From assembly GCF_000143415.4 (NCBI RefSeq), contig NW_003314264.1:3709229-3773228 (forward strand): DNA of 64,000 nucleotides, written 5' to 3'. The notes under the pieces were generated by a model, which did not search any database, was not told where the DNA came from, and was given only the letters and a program-made list of their open reading frames with translations. A program made the translations under genes and the position numbers. Shown piece after piece: positions 1 to 12,389 of this stretch; within the stretch, counting starts at the first letter, position 1; every line of letters starts with the position of its first letter. Origin of the DNA: Selaginella moellendorffii. Taxonomy: Eukaryota; Plantae; Lycopodiophyta.

Positions 1-819
1 AATGCCAGAAGAAAAATTCCAATGACAAACACACCTGCAACACAACTCAAGCAGAGACTCAAAAAATGCAGAAGAGCTTACCCAATATGTTCAAGAAACC
101 AACCACAGTACCGAGCCACGATAACCATCGAATGCCGAGCACGTTGATGAGTCCACAAAGTACCAGTATACCACCGTATAGGCAGACTACCACATACTTT
201 GAGGCATAGTAACCACCTCCATTGCTTCCCCCTGTACTTACGAGAATTGTCACTTGTAGCAATAGTGCTAGAGAGAAATTAACGCTCGCTGTTCCCGACC
301 ACTACATACGCGATGAACGTCGTTAAGGAGTATCAGTGCACGATCATATTACCATTCCAGCGATGTTGAACCTGAAACATAACACGGAATAAGAGCCGAT
401 ACAAAAAATTGAATCTGCTAACCATCCGGTCATCCAGGCCGTAAATGCTCCCCATCTTCGTCCTCCAAGCTTGTAGCTCCAGAAGTAGAGACCACCAGAT
501 GTAGGATAGGCGGAGCAAATTTCCGCCAGAGACAGAGCGATACACAGCGAAAAGAAGCATACGATCAGCCATCCGTAGACAATGGAAACAGGCCCTCCAT
601 ATCTGAGACCAGTGTTGTACGTCGGGGTAATGCCAGTAATTATAGAAATAATTGAGAAACACATGGCAACATTGCCTAGCGGCCTGCAAGAACACCAGGA
701 ATCTTAATCGCCAGAAATTCAATCCAAATGTGTACTTACGACATAGAACGCTTCAACTCCTGCTTATATCCAAGCTCTTGCAGTCGCCGTTGCCCCGAAT
801 CCATCTTCGCAGCGTCCAT
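1..819 (-). CDS. Amino-acid permease, BAT1/GABA-permease-like (APC family); multi-exon, 3' part beyond window start
   Basis: ATG at 819: MDAAKMDSGQRRLQELGYKQELKRSMS. Next exons read FSIISIITGITPTYNTGLRYGGP...LAEICSAYPTSGGLYFWS and are separated by GT-AG introns. Confidence 0.85.
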
Positions 820-1021
820 CTTCACAAATTTTTCTCCTCAACGTTTCACAATGAGGAAGCTGAGAGTGAATAAAAAATAAAGCGTCAAGTCAAGCGCGAC
901 AAATCGCTGAATTCATCATTCCACAAATGTTGACTCACCTTTATTGGACAGCTGGCCACTAGGAAGCAAAGTCCGATCAAGCTTTTGAAAAATGTTGAGA
1001 AAGTTTCATACCATAACGATG

Positions 1022-3583
1022 TTACCAGTAATCTTTGCACGAACAGCGTCCGTCCTTAAAGTTGTGGAACCGATGAGTATCCCTCACCAAAATCTCGCGA
1101 CCCCTGAGCTTGGAGATATACTTGGTGGCTGTGTGACAATCCGAGCACACTCTGAGGTTCTTGATAACTCGAAGAGGCGTTCCCGGAGGCGTACTGATGA
1201 GGCCAAACGCAATGGCCAATCGCTCGCTGTGATAAAAAAGCATGTCTTCCTTCCGCTCGTCTTCGACATCGTGCAGGATCATCTTAGTGTCAGGGATATA
1301 TCCCGCGGCTCTCATCTCTGAGTTTAGAACGTCCAGCTCTGCGTATATAGGATGACGCCGTGGATGGGACCTATCTCCCTCCAAAAACTCATGCACCCTG
1401 TTGAGAATCTCGATTGATGAACGACCTGGTTCTTTTTTCACGCCACGGCTACGCATCAATTTTCTCATTCTGTTGACACCGTCCCAGTCACCAGCTGCTG
1501 CATAAACGTTCGACAGAACCACGTAAGCTCCAGAATGGCTTGGATCGCGCTCAAGAACTTGCTCGGCTGCGGCTTTAGCTTGATCCGTCTTGTTGTGTGT
1601 CCGGCAGGCTCCAAGAAGTGTCATCCACAAGATGCCGTCTGGAAGACATCCCGAAAGCTTCAAGACGATATCTACTGCTTCCTGTATCCTCCCTGCCCTT
1701 CCCAAGAGGTCGACGACGCACCCATAGAGTTCTGGTGTTGGAGTAATGCTGAAATCTTGGAGCATAGCCACGAAATACTGATAACCATCTGTAACCGATC
1801 CGGAGTGACTTAATGCCGAGAGCACGCTCACGAAGCTCACTGCGTCTGCCTTCACACCATCTAGCTGCATCTGGTTGAAAAGCTGCAGAGTCTCGTCGTA
1901 ATACCCGTGTTGGGCATACGCCCCGAGCATAGAGTTCCAAACGAGTATGTCTCTCTTCGCCATCTTCTCGAAGACACTCATTGCCTCCGCCATTTTCCCG
2001 CACTTGCCATACATGTTGATCAGCGCCGTTTCCACGACCATCTCCATCCGAAACCGGTTCTCGATTATGTGACTGTGAATCTGCCTCCCCTTTTGCAGAG
2101 CCGCAAGGTGTGCGCAAGTATCCAGCACAGCGACAAGAGTAGCACTCGTAGGCCTGCGTCCTTCGAGCTGCATCTCCTGGAACAGCTGAAGAGCTTCCTT
2201 CCTAAAGCCATTCTGCGCGTAAGCAACACACATAACAGTCCAGGTAATGACATCCTTACTTCCCATGTCGACAAAAATCTTCCACGCTTGTCCGGGGGCC
2301 TCGCATCTCCCGTAGAGACTCATCAGAGCTGTAGCAACAACAGCATCTCTATCATATCCAGCCTCTTTCACAAGCTCATGTATCACCTTCCCTTTCGCCA
2401 AGCTCGTCAAGCTGGTATACACGTTGAGCATCAACACAAACGTGATGTCGTTTGCCTTGACCCCATCCTGCTGCAAGCGGCCAAAAAGCCTCACGGCCTC
2501 GCCAAAGTTCTCGTTTTGCACGTAGAGTGTGATGACTATGTTCCAAGTAACCACGTCCCTGTCCACCATATCCTCGAAAAGCCTCCGCGCGTCACCCAGG
2601 AGCCCAGCGTTGCCAAACATATTCACCGCGGAGTTCATCACCCGGACGTCGGACTCCATCACTCCCGAGGAAACCAAGCCGTAGACAAACTTCCCCTCGC
2701 TCAAGTAGTTTGGATCTCCATAAGCATTGAAGACGGTGTAGAGCGTGATCTTGTTCGGCACCACGCCGTCGAGCTGCATCCTCCGGTAGAGCCACCTCGC
2801 GAGAGCAAACTGATCGTGCTGGACACAAGCCGCGATCATGGCTGTCCATGAAACCACGTCCCTGTGCTCGAGCCTCTTGAAAGAATCCCAGGCGCCCCTG
2901 ACGCTGCCACACTTGTTATACATGTTTATCAGCGCCGTCCCCACGAACACATCGCCCTCGAATCCCTGCTGGAGGATTTGCCCGTGGATTTCCATCCCAT
3001 CCTTGAGCGATTCCGTGCTAGCGCAAGCGTTGAGGATCGCGACGTATGTCACCTTGGTCGGCATCACATCCTCCTCTTGCATCTGGTAGAACATCCCCAG
3101 CGCGCGATCGTAATCCCCTTGCTGGCAATAGATCCCGATCATCCTCGTCCACGCGAACACATCCTTGCGCTCCAAGATCTCGAAAACCTGCTGAGCCTCC
3201 GGCACGCTGCCGCATTGCGCATACATCTGGATCAAGTGGCCACAGACGAGATTGTTCTGCTCGAAACCCCGATCGCGGACGTGCCAGTGGACGCGCCGGC
3301 CGTGATCCACATTCTTGGCAGACGAGCAGCGCTGGAGCAGCGCCACGAAGAATGCGGTATCCGGCTTGAATCTCTTCCTCTCCCTGTCGCAGTCGCCGTC
3401 AAGAACACCGAGATCGTCCTTGATCTGAGAGAGAACCGCGAGGGGCGTCGGTTTCCTCGGCACGAGCTGGTCGCTGGCTGGAAATGCGCGTCAGAAGGAG
3501 GAGGTCCGATGGGATGAAATCGTCTTACCCGCGGCTTGGAGCTTCTGGATCTTGGATCGAGCTTGGCGCCTCCCAGGCAGCAT
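1022..3583 (-). CDS. PLS-class PPR protein with E and DYW deaminase domains (organellar C-to-U editing factor)
   Basis: PLS repeats, PG box, HSE...CSDCH...DYW terminus. The ORF track starts at GTG 3463, but exon 3583-3529 (MLPGRRQARSKIQKLQAA) plus a 51-nt GT-AG intron (3528-3478) joins in frame. Confidence 0.93.
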
Positions 3584-3691
3584 TCTTCTACCCTAAACCT
3601 CTAGCCATTTACCCGACTTGCGAATATGCGGCAGCATATCCTTGGTCTCTTTGAATCGTTATGACGAGTAAAAGCTTAACTTTCTCATCAT

Positions 3692-3765
3692 TCCATTGTC
3701 GTCTAGTCCGGTCAGGATACCTGGCTTTCACCCAGGCGACCCGGGTTCAAATCCCGGCAATGGAA
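3692..3765 (+). tRNA. tRNA-Glu (anticodon UUC)
   Basis: TCCATTG/CAATGGA acceptor stem, CCTGG-CTTTCAC-CCAGG anticodon arm, GTTCAAATC T-loop, T-runs at 3776-3789. Confidence 0.93.
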
Positions 3766-3777
3766 AGTATCGCAGTT

Positions 3778-4967
3778 TTAAATTTTTTTGGAAACCACAA
3801 GAACGCCCATTAGCCCCCCAGCGATTTCATAGTGGACGGCCCTCGAGAATCCTGCTTGCGCTGCAATTTTTTCTAGCTCCTGCCCTGAAAATCCCTTCCC
3901 AAATTTGCAAAGATTTCTTTAGAACAAATGCAATACCTGTGTGGAAGTTCTCGATTGATTGCTTGAGGTACTCGTAGTCCTCGCGGAATCCAAACTGAGA
4001 GGCTACTGGAACGACAACATTGTCCAGCATCCAGCCCTGCACAGCGATACCATGACTGGTAATCTTAGAACAAACTGTGACAATCTTACTTGCAAGCTGC
4101 TTGTAACGGGATCGGTGCTTTTGTTGAAATCTAAGATGGATGCTAGAGCACCTGAACTTCAACAAACCCTCGATAGCCAATTCTCTTTTAGCAGCATTAT
4201 CATACCTGGCCTTAGAACACGTAAAATCTCTTCGAAAGCTCGAGGAATATCTCGAACGTTACGAAGGCCGTATCCAACCGTGACAGCGTCGAATTGTTCT
4301 ACGTCGAATGGCAAGTTTAGAGCATCGCCTAGGCACCACCTGCAAAAAGTCTACTCTTCCTGTTAAACATCAAACACTTCCCCATCCCCTTACTCAATGT
4401 TTCGTCGCCCATATGATTTCTTTTGTCGCTCCCTTGCCAAGGCTAGCTGTTCTTCAGCAAAATCGAGCCCAGTCACCTGTAAGGCCGAAAGATCATACCT
4501 TGCATCGGCTCGGACAAGAATTCCTACCTTGCCTCTGGGCCCGACTTTCTCCGCTAGAAGCATGGCCAAATCCCCACTGCCGCAGCATATATCAAGCACC
4601 GAGTCTCCAGCTTTGGCACTAGATAGATAATGAATGAATGTTAGGAGTTCCCGGGGGATGAGAACTCTCGGGAGTTTTTACCCGCTCCATCCGACAGCCA
4701 TCCTCTTCCAAATCCTGTGCTGCCCAAGGCTCAGCACATCATTCAGCTGGAAAAAGAAAATCCTTGAGAACTTTACTTGGAGGAGAGAGGAGAGCCACCT
4801 ACATTGTCATACATTGGAGCAATGCGATTGAACAGACGTTGCCGGTGCGCCGCTTGCTCGTCATCAACGGCCGACACTGGAAATCCTCGCGCGGAAAGTT
4901 TACCAATTCTGGAACCCAACGCCGGCCGCTGGAGCGCCGCCATCGACGTCGGCAGCTGCAGCGCCAT
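3778..4967 (-). CDS. MENG: Chloroplast demethylphylloquinone methyltransferase (UbiE/MenG family), multi-exon
   Basis: Transit-like N-terminus, [45 protein letters not shown], terminus [18 protein letters not shown] (TAA 3780-3778). Confidence 0.88.
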
Positions 4968-5620
4968 CGCAGGCTACAAAGCCCTAAAATCTATCTAAAA
5001 CAAAGTTGGGCGGTAACGAATTATGTGAAAAGAAAATGCGATCTCACTTGAGAACACACCTCGGAACACTTTTATTCTTTGACAATTAAATTAACACTTC
5101 ATTGCTCTATGACAATCTTATGATACAAATTCCAGGAAAAGTATGAACTTGTACAAGAGAAAAGGTGGAAACAGTGATCTAGGTAGTAGATGACATGTTA
5201 AGTGGCAAGTTAAGGAATCATTGAGGGGAGCTTGAATTGATCACTAGTGAAAGAAGGAAGCAAAAGTTTATCATAACAATCCAAAATTCTGGGAGATGAT
5301 GGGCATTATAAAAATTGTGGGCTTTAGAGGATAAAAGAAGGTATCACTCAACAACTTGGTCTTAGGAATAACTTCCTATCCTCTTTAAAAGAAGGAACAC
5401 AAATGTAAATGTGTTAAAAAAAATTCTTAGAGAGAAATCCAAATTTGACCCTCTCCATATTGAATATTCTTTTAGAATACTCCTATACACTAAACTACCA
5501 TTTACTACCTGGAAACCTGGAAGCTAGTAGCACGTACTTCGTCAGCCTTGGCCATCATTTTCTTCTTTTTGCTATCGAAGGTAATGATAATTAATAGAGC
5601 ACAAAGGGTTTCGACAAATC

Positions 5621-7020
5621 ATGGAATCATCAAGACCGCTGGTCCTCGAGCCTTTCGGAGTGTTGCACCCAATCCTTCAAAAGCTGCCAGAATTTCTAGT
5701 GCGAAGGCTGATCCGCCGCGGTGTGGCAACGCAGCTGCGCTACTTGTATGGATTGTCCGCTGAAGAGCAGCTCCAGGGCCTTGTTAATTTCGTCCAGAGT
5801 AAGTTCTCCCTCTCATTCTAGTCGAATCAATCGATTTGCTTTGATCTTGTTTTGTAGATGCCAAGAAAATGCCCGTCATGGAAGCAGGGGGCTCTTTCCG
5901 GGACGAGCTTTACGATGTTGACTTCTTCAAACTCCTGCTTGGAAAGCATCTCAAGTACAGGTAGGAAGAACCCAAGATCTGATCATAGATCTCATGACAA
6001 TTAGAATGCTCAAATCTGAATGCTCAGCTGCTTGCTTTATGAGGATCCTTCGTTCACGGACGAGCAAGCTGAGGAAGCCATGTTTAAGCTGTGCTGCGAC
6101 AGAGCACGCATCCAGGACGGGCAGCGTATCTTGGATCTTGGAGGCGGCTATGGCGGACTGGCTATGTATACCGCGCAGAAGTTTCCTTCATGCCAGATTA
6201 CTTCCATAGCCGATTCAAGAGTCCAAACGGAGCACATCCAAGAGGAATGCAGGTAACAAGCACTCTCTCATTTCTTTTCTGGTGCCAAGGTCTTCCTTGC
6301 TTAATTGTAGAAAAAGAGGCCTGGTAAACGTTGAGGCGATTGATTGCGACATAACAAGCACCAAAATCACACAGACTTTCGATAGGATCTTCTGCATTGG
6401 CGTTTTCGAGGTGACAATAGAATATTAAATTCAAATCTTCCATCATTGATGTTCTAACTAAGCATTGTTGAAAATTTGAGCAGCACATGATAAACTATCA
6501 AAAGTTTATGAAGATAGTGTCTGATCTTACGAGCGAAGGAGGTCTCCTCTTCGTGGAACATGTCTGCCACAAGCTATTCGCGTACCGCACGGTAAATGCT
6601 CGCAATATCCTTTCGTTTTCTTTGCTAGTAACTACGTAAATCTCTCCTCCTTGTAATTTATCTCTAGACAACGGGCAACAGGATGCTGGCAGACGCATTG
6701 CCATTGTATTTCCAGGACGATTTTGTGATACTGGATCATTGGCGAGTAAATGGAACCCATCAAGGACGATCTTGGTAACCATATATTGATTCCATATAGC
6801 TTCACGCTCTTGAAAACCTTGCAGTGAAGCCTGGATGAGAAATCTGGATGCCAAATTCGACCAAGTTAGCGCCTTGTTTGCAAAGGCTTATGGGGAGGAC
6901 AATGCAAGCAAGAGACTGGCAGGCTTTAAATCAAACCTCCTCGTGGGCGCGGAAATGTTCAGCTACAACAATGGACAGGAATGGTTTGTTTCGCACAAGC
7001 TCTTCCAAAAGAGAGCCTAA
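5621..7020 (+). CDS. Coclaurine N-methyltransferase-like / CFA-synthase-fold SAM-dependent methyltransferase (divergent), about 7 exons
   Basis: LGKHLKYSCLLY, AEEAMFKLCCDRARIQDGQRILDLGGGYGGL, FDRIFCIGVFEHMINY, YFQDDFVILDHWRVNG, EMFSYNNGQEWFVSHKLFQKR. Confidence 0.85.
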
Positions 7021-7387
7021 TTTCTACGCACTTAGACATGGTTTGCAAACAATATAATTCCTATCAAGATTTTAGAGTCGAGACTCACACATGAAACCCA
7101 AGGTTGCTAACCACAGCCAAGCCAATGGGCGGACAACGCGTGGACTACATATTCCTCTCTTTACGTTCTTATTGGATGGTCCATATCTCTCTGTTGTTCC
7201 TAGGCGAGGAGGAGGAGGCTATGGCGTAACGAGGTTTGCTTCCGCCATTTACTACTGGCAGCTCCGGCGGCGCTCTCGATCGAAGTCTAAGCAAAAGGTA
7301 TGCTCGATCTAGAATGGAATTCTATAAAATCTAGAGAGTTTTGATCTAGAGCGCATTCAAGATTGATTGATCTTTGTGCACAGCAAA

Positions 7388-8162
7388 ATGCCGAAAGGAA
7401 GGGTCTCCACCAGCGTGAATTCCCCAACCGTGGACATCGTAATTGACATGGGGAACCCATTCCTAAACAGGACTGTGGATGGATTTTTCAAGATTGGAGC
7501 TGTAAGCTTTCTAGATTCTGTGGTTGGCTTGTCCAATTTCTTCCCTTGATTTTCTTTTGCAGGTCAGTGCAGGACATGCAGCTGGCCAGGAAGCTTACAA
7601 AGTTCTCAAGAAACGTAAGTACCCCTCCAGGTGTTATTCTATTTGGTGGCAATTTTTTCTTCTCATTTTCTCTAGAGACTGTCACCAAGCATGATCTCGA
7701 GTATACGGTACGTCACATGAAATAAATTCGCGAGTGAAAATTTACTGTGTTACTGCAGCTCAAGCGAATGGGAAAAGACGGGTTACACTGGGGTAACTTT
7801 TAAAGTTCATGACTCAATCGAAGCTATCCTTCTTTTTCTTTTCTTTTTTTTTGTTTGTTTTTTCTGGTTTTCTCTCGGGAACATTTTTTAGGAGCCATCG
7901 CGGGACTCTATACGGGAATGGAGTATGGAATTGAGCGAGTTCGTGGGAAGCACGACTGGGTAAGTTCCATTCGTTTTTCTAGAGCGTCACTGATAGATCG
8001 CTGACTGATCACCGCCAGAAGAACGCAATGCTTGGGGGTGCCGTGACTGGAGCGCTCGTGAGCTTTGGGGAGCATCGCTACAGCCGTGACAAGATGGTCC
8101 AGAACGCCATCGCTGGGGCCGCCATCGCCACGGCCTCGGAATTCCTGCGTCATCTTACGTGA
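7388..8162 (+). CDS. OEP16: Plastid outer envelope pore protein 16 (Tim17/22/23 family), multi-exon
   Basis: MPKGRVSTSVNSPTVDIVIDMGNPFLNRTVDGFFKIG...GLYTGMEYGIERVRGKHDWKNAMLGGAVTGAL...AIATASEFLRHLT*; 5'UTR intron about 7298-7383. Confidence 0.9.
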
Positions 8163-8606
8163 GCGAAGCTTTCGCGACCCGATTCAAGTACGCTAACATC
8201 ACGGCCATGACACCAACATGTCTAGAGCAGCGCCTATTAGAATCTGGTCAGAAAAGTTGGGAAAGAACTTTCGTGAACTTGGAAGGACTTCTCACCAAAT
8301 AAGAACTTCTTATCTTTTTTTCTTTCTTTCTTTTTTCTCTTGCTTTGAGATCTCTTAGGCACTCGTGACTCGATGGATGTGGAAATGCTTGTGCCCGCGC
8401 TCAATCTAGAGGGACCACCTTTGGTTTCTTAATCTTTCTAATTTTCTTCGTTGCTCTCAGAGCTTGCCTAGATTGGCCATGAAGATTTTCTGGTGAAGTC
8501 TCTGACGTAGCCAGAGATTAGATAGCTAGGCAGAGTTCTGATCTCACGTCGCTTTCTCATAAATATCGTCACATTGTTGAAAAACCATGGCGTTTTCCAC
8601 AATCGC

Positions 8607-8678
8607 GGAGGTATAGCTCAGTGGTAGAGCAATTGACTGCAGATCAATGGGTCTCTGGTTCGAATCCGGATATCTCCT
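8607..8678 (+). tRNA. tRNA-Cys (anticodon GCA)
   Basis: GGAGGTA/TATCTCC acceptor stem with U73, TAGCTCAGTGGTAGAGC D-arm, ATTGA-CTGCAGA-TCAAT anticodon arm, GTTCGAATCC T-loop. Confidence 0.93.
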
Positions 8679-10515
8679 CTCATTTCCTAAATTTTTAATC
8701 TTTCAAGGACGAGCTCTACTTTATTTCTTTTCTCAATGCATGTTGCGCGCATTGAATTCGCCGGCTCTCCATCGATCTCAATCTTGTCCGGTCAAGAGCG
8801 AGAGAGCGGAAAATGGAGGAAGTTTCAGGAATGGATGGACGGATCATCCTTTCTTCATGAATTCATCGTAGGCTCCACTGGCTCAAACTCTTTGATCGAT
8901 GGATCCAAGAGATTGCGCCATTTAAACCAAGAGTGTTACAGTGAAAGGAGTTGTTTTGTCCCCGATTGACCGCGACCAGCCACCCGACTTGACAATGTCT
9001 TGGAGTGTTTGTTCCTCCGGCTCGAGAAAACAAATGGCGAAAGTTCTACAATACGATTTCCGGCATTGACAATCGGTGAAGTACGGATGCTCGTTCTTTC
9101 GTTCCAGTTTCGTCCCAGTTTCAGATCGGTTTTTCCATCTAGAAAAAAAAAAAAAAAAACTTTTGGTTGACCCCCTGATGTGTACACGCCAAGGCATTTT
9201 TGCGTGTGCGGTAGCAACGACAAGGTACAAACGGCAGAGAAACTGTGGGCCTGGAGAGAAAATTAAATGGATTAAAACAAACTTGGAAAGATCCTCCTCC
9301 GCGATAAGCTCGACAAGTGTGTAGACTTACGACCCAATTCCGTCCCCGGATCGAATTTCCAAGAGGTTGGAAGAAGCCGCCAATTTGGCGTTCTCCGCTT
9401 TTAAATTTGAAAACAGGATATTCCACGGCATTTAGGGCTCGCGGGGACAGCTGGGACCGCGGTTTTTTCCTTGGAGTAGAGCGCTGGTGGCCCAATACTG
9501 TCGCTAAAAGCCCCACTTTTGCACGTCCTCACAGAGGAAAGTGAAAAGGAGAGAACCACGTACAGTAAACACACTCTCCAGCACCAAAGATCGACATGTC
9601 GAGGCTCGGAAGCCCCGCCATGCCACCTTTTGAGCCCTCCGAGAAATCAAACCGGGAAAAAAACACAAGCGAGACGAGAGCCCCAATAATCTGGACGAGA
9701 TCGATTGAGCGCCCCATTGTCGGGAAAAGAGGCAGAAGGTTTCAAACCGATACGTAGGATCAATGCACGTAGACGTAGACAATGTACATACGGTTTTACC
9801 ACTTTTGATCTTTTGTTGGAAAGAATGGAACCTTGTACTGACTAGTAGAGTGTGGGATCACACACACCACCCACCCAATTGCCGTGTCCAAGGATCCCAC
9901 CAGAATCCCAAGTTGCCGCCGCTATACTGAGAGGGAAGGATCGAGCACCCTGGAACACACTGACACAAGAAGAACAGGGTACCAACTTGGTCATCTTCCT
10001 AGGTGCTCAAGGTGTCTAGGCATGCAAATGCCACAAATGGGCATTCTAGTACGTATGTCATGAATAGTAGGCAAAACTTAACTAATGTTTTTTTTTTTTT
10101 TCCTTGTTGCTTTGTGGGATTTGTGCGTTGGTTTAGAAGTAAAATGATTTGGCAATGGTGGTGGAGGATCGAGAAGTTGTCGGGCTCGCGCGCTCAAGCG
10201 TTGGGCTGATTGCCAAAAACAAAAGGTGGTGGATCGCGGTGAAGTGTGGCCTCGACATCCACATCCGACACAACGTTTCAAGCACCAACATGGACCATCT
10301 CACTATATATCCTTGCGACCGTTTGGGACAAGTTCCATCAGAACAAAAGAATGAGAGGGAATTTTTACAGTTATACACTTTTGCATTTCTGCTATCTTTC
10401 TCATGGTTATAATTTTCATCTTTTCCCTCCTCACTGTTGCTTAAAAGGCCACACACAACACGGGGACCCCTAATTGTGTTTGGAGTTGTCTTGTGACTGA
10501 TCGCTTAAACAACGC

Positions 10516-10522
10516 TATATAA
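10516..10522 (+). promoter_or_regulatory. Candidate TATA box of first CLE gene
   Basis: TATATAA about 100 nt upstream of ATG 10615. Confidence 0.4.
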
Positions 10523-10614
10523 CATCGCAGCTAGCGGTTTTGTTCTCCCTAGGAATCCATCAACACTGTTCTAGAACGATAGGAGGGAGCGAAGAACTCG
10601 CAGATATTTCTATC

Positions 10615-10851
10615 ATGTGTCGCCAGCAGAGATCAAGGCTTGCGGTTCTTCTTCTTGTGCTTCTTCTTGTGCTGCTGCCGCCACTCCCGGTGGAATCGTC
10701 CGCGCACCGGAGGCTCCTCCAAAAGGATTTGGAGTTTGATTTGCGACGCTTCCTCCAGTCGCTCATGGTGGAGAGCAAGAGGCATGGCGGGCTGCTCGTA
10801 GCGGAGCTCCATCGCGTGCCAAGCAGCCCGAATCCAATACAGAACGAGTGA
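10615..10851 (+). CDS. CLE peptide precursor, TDIF/H-type (mature HRVPSSPNPIQN)
   Basis: Signal peptide MCRQQRSRLAVLLLVLLLVLLPPLPVES, RRLL motif, C-terminal 12-mer similar to TDIF HEVPSGPNPISN. Possible intron 10848-10961 would give a short C-terminal extension. Confidence 0.8.
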   Translation: MCRQQRSRLAVLLLVLLLVLLPPLPVESSAHRRLLQKDLEFDLRRFLQSLMVESKRHGGLLVAELHRVPSSPNPIQNE

Positions 10852-12389
10852 GTATCCTCTCTCTCTCTCTCTTTTTCCTCCCTGAGCATTTATGTCTCGC
10901 AAATTCTTCCGCGCGAGAGAAAACAGAGCACCATCACATTTATTGATTTCTTCTCTTGCAGATTCACGGACGAAGTCCACCATTGAGAATTCGGCAATTC
11001 TCCGCATCAAATTGGCCCGCTCGCTCGCTCGATCCAATCCAAGAGATCGATTTCGGTAGTCGCCAAATCGTGAACGCAGCGAGTAATTCCGAGGCTTCTA
11101 GTTACATATACTCTCTTGCCCCTCGTGACACTCCGCGAGCGCAAGCTTACAAACATCCCAATCAATCGATCAAGAGCACGAGAAACTTGGTCAGGAACAG
11201 CGGAGAGTCCTTCAAAGTTACAAGTAATAGTTTAGAGAAATCGCTTGTCTTTTCTTGTGTGCTTTTGTGGCTCTGGGATTCCATCGCTCTGAATGAGGAG
11301 AAACCCAAACCCATCTATCATCTAATTCGCAAGTTTTCTCGCTCGATCATATCCCTCTTTCCAAAGTCACCAACTAGCAACGCAACTTGCCTTACACATT
11401 TATACTATTATTTCCCACAGACCTTCTCTCACTTGATCGATCATTCACAAAAGTTTGATGAGTTTCTTCCTCCTCTCGCTCTCGCCATTTAGTTAGAATC
11501 TCCTGGCGGATCCAAATTCATGCATGCACAACAAGAACATTTAAAATCGGGAGCGTGGTAGAGGAGTACGTATACCCAGTGTCACAACGAGGTATAGATA
11601 TAGGTATGCCAAGACATTGAATTTTAGAGTGTGGTTGGGCAACCATAGCCTGGAAAAGATGAAACAGGCCAAGACCGTGCATCTATCTCTGTGAAGCTAG
11701 ATTGCCATCTATTCGATCCAGAACTCCTTTTCTTTTACGAGCTTGTTTCTTCCTCCTCTTTTTTGTTCCTGGGCATTTCAGATCCAGTCAAGCCTAGCGA
11801 GAATTTAAGGCCGTGTGTTGTTCCGGTCAGTGTACCAACATTCTTGCAGTGCGATCGAGATTTCATGATGGAAACTGTGCAAACTCAAGTTAAAGACCGA
11901 TTCTGGAAACTTTAGATAGCTAAGCGCTTAGCTTTTGAGTTAGAGCTTTAAGATCATGCCAAGCTGGTGTATATAGAATTGACCAGCTGATTGACAAGGA
12001 AAAGAATCGCATGTATGGCCCGTGAACCCGGCCCATTCTTTGGATTTGTTTTGCAAGATTGTCAAAGCAAGCGAGCCACGCGGCCACATCTAGGCATCAC
12101 GACACGGAGCTGGAGCCAAGCGTTGAATCGAAAAGGGAATATTGGAGCTTGGATGGAGCAAGCAAAGCGAGGGCGCAAAATAGTCAGTCGGGTCACCTAA
12201 CGGGCAAAGAATACCGTACAAAATACTTGTTTTCTCGCAGAGCCTTGCATGATTTGGAGAGAACTTTAGCGCTGTAAGTGGACAAGCACGGAAAGTCGTT
12301 AGTTTTAGCGCTTGCTGCACGCCACCTTCGATCGGTGAGCTCTTTTGGCTTCCCGCGCTCTTTAAAAATTTAAATGTCAAAGTACTCAT

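Noticed and set aside
1907-3517. Long antisense/alternative-frame ORFs over the PPR (also over the DUF641, MACPF and RRM genes)
   Set aside because: Shadow ORFs expected from GC3-rich coding sequence
6605-6613. ATATCCTTT, a U12 AT-AC donor consensus in the NMT gene
   Set aside because: No frame-preserving AC acceptor; an ordinary GT-AG intron (6592-6667) explains the frame
3778-7020. MenG + NMT as a biosynthetic gene cluster
   Set aside because: Unrelated methyltransferase families; MenG is core phylloquinone metabolism; no scaffold enzymes nearby
11955-11995. GCCAAGCTG similarity to miR536 plus a small hairpin
   Set aside because: Match too short and no extended fold-back; no conserved miRNA recognised in the window by eye
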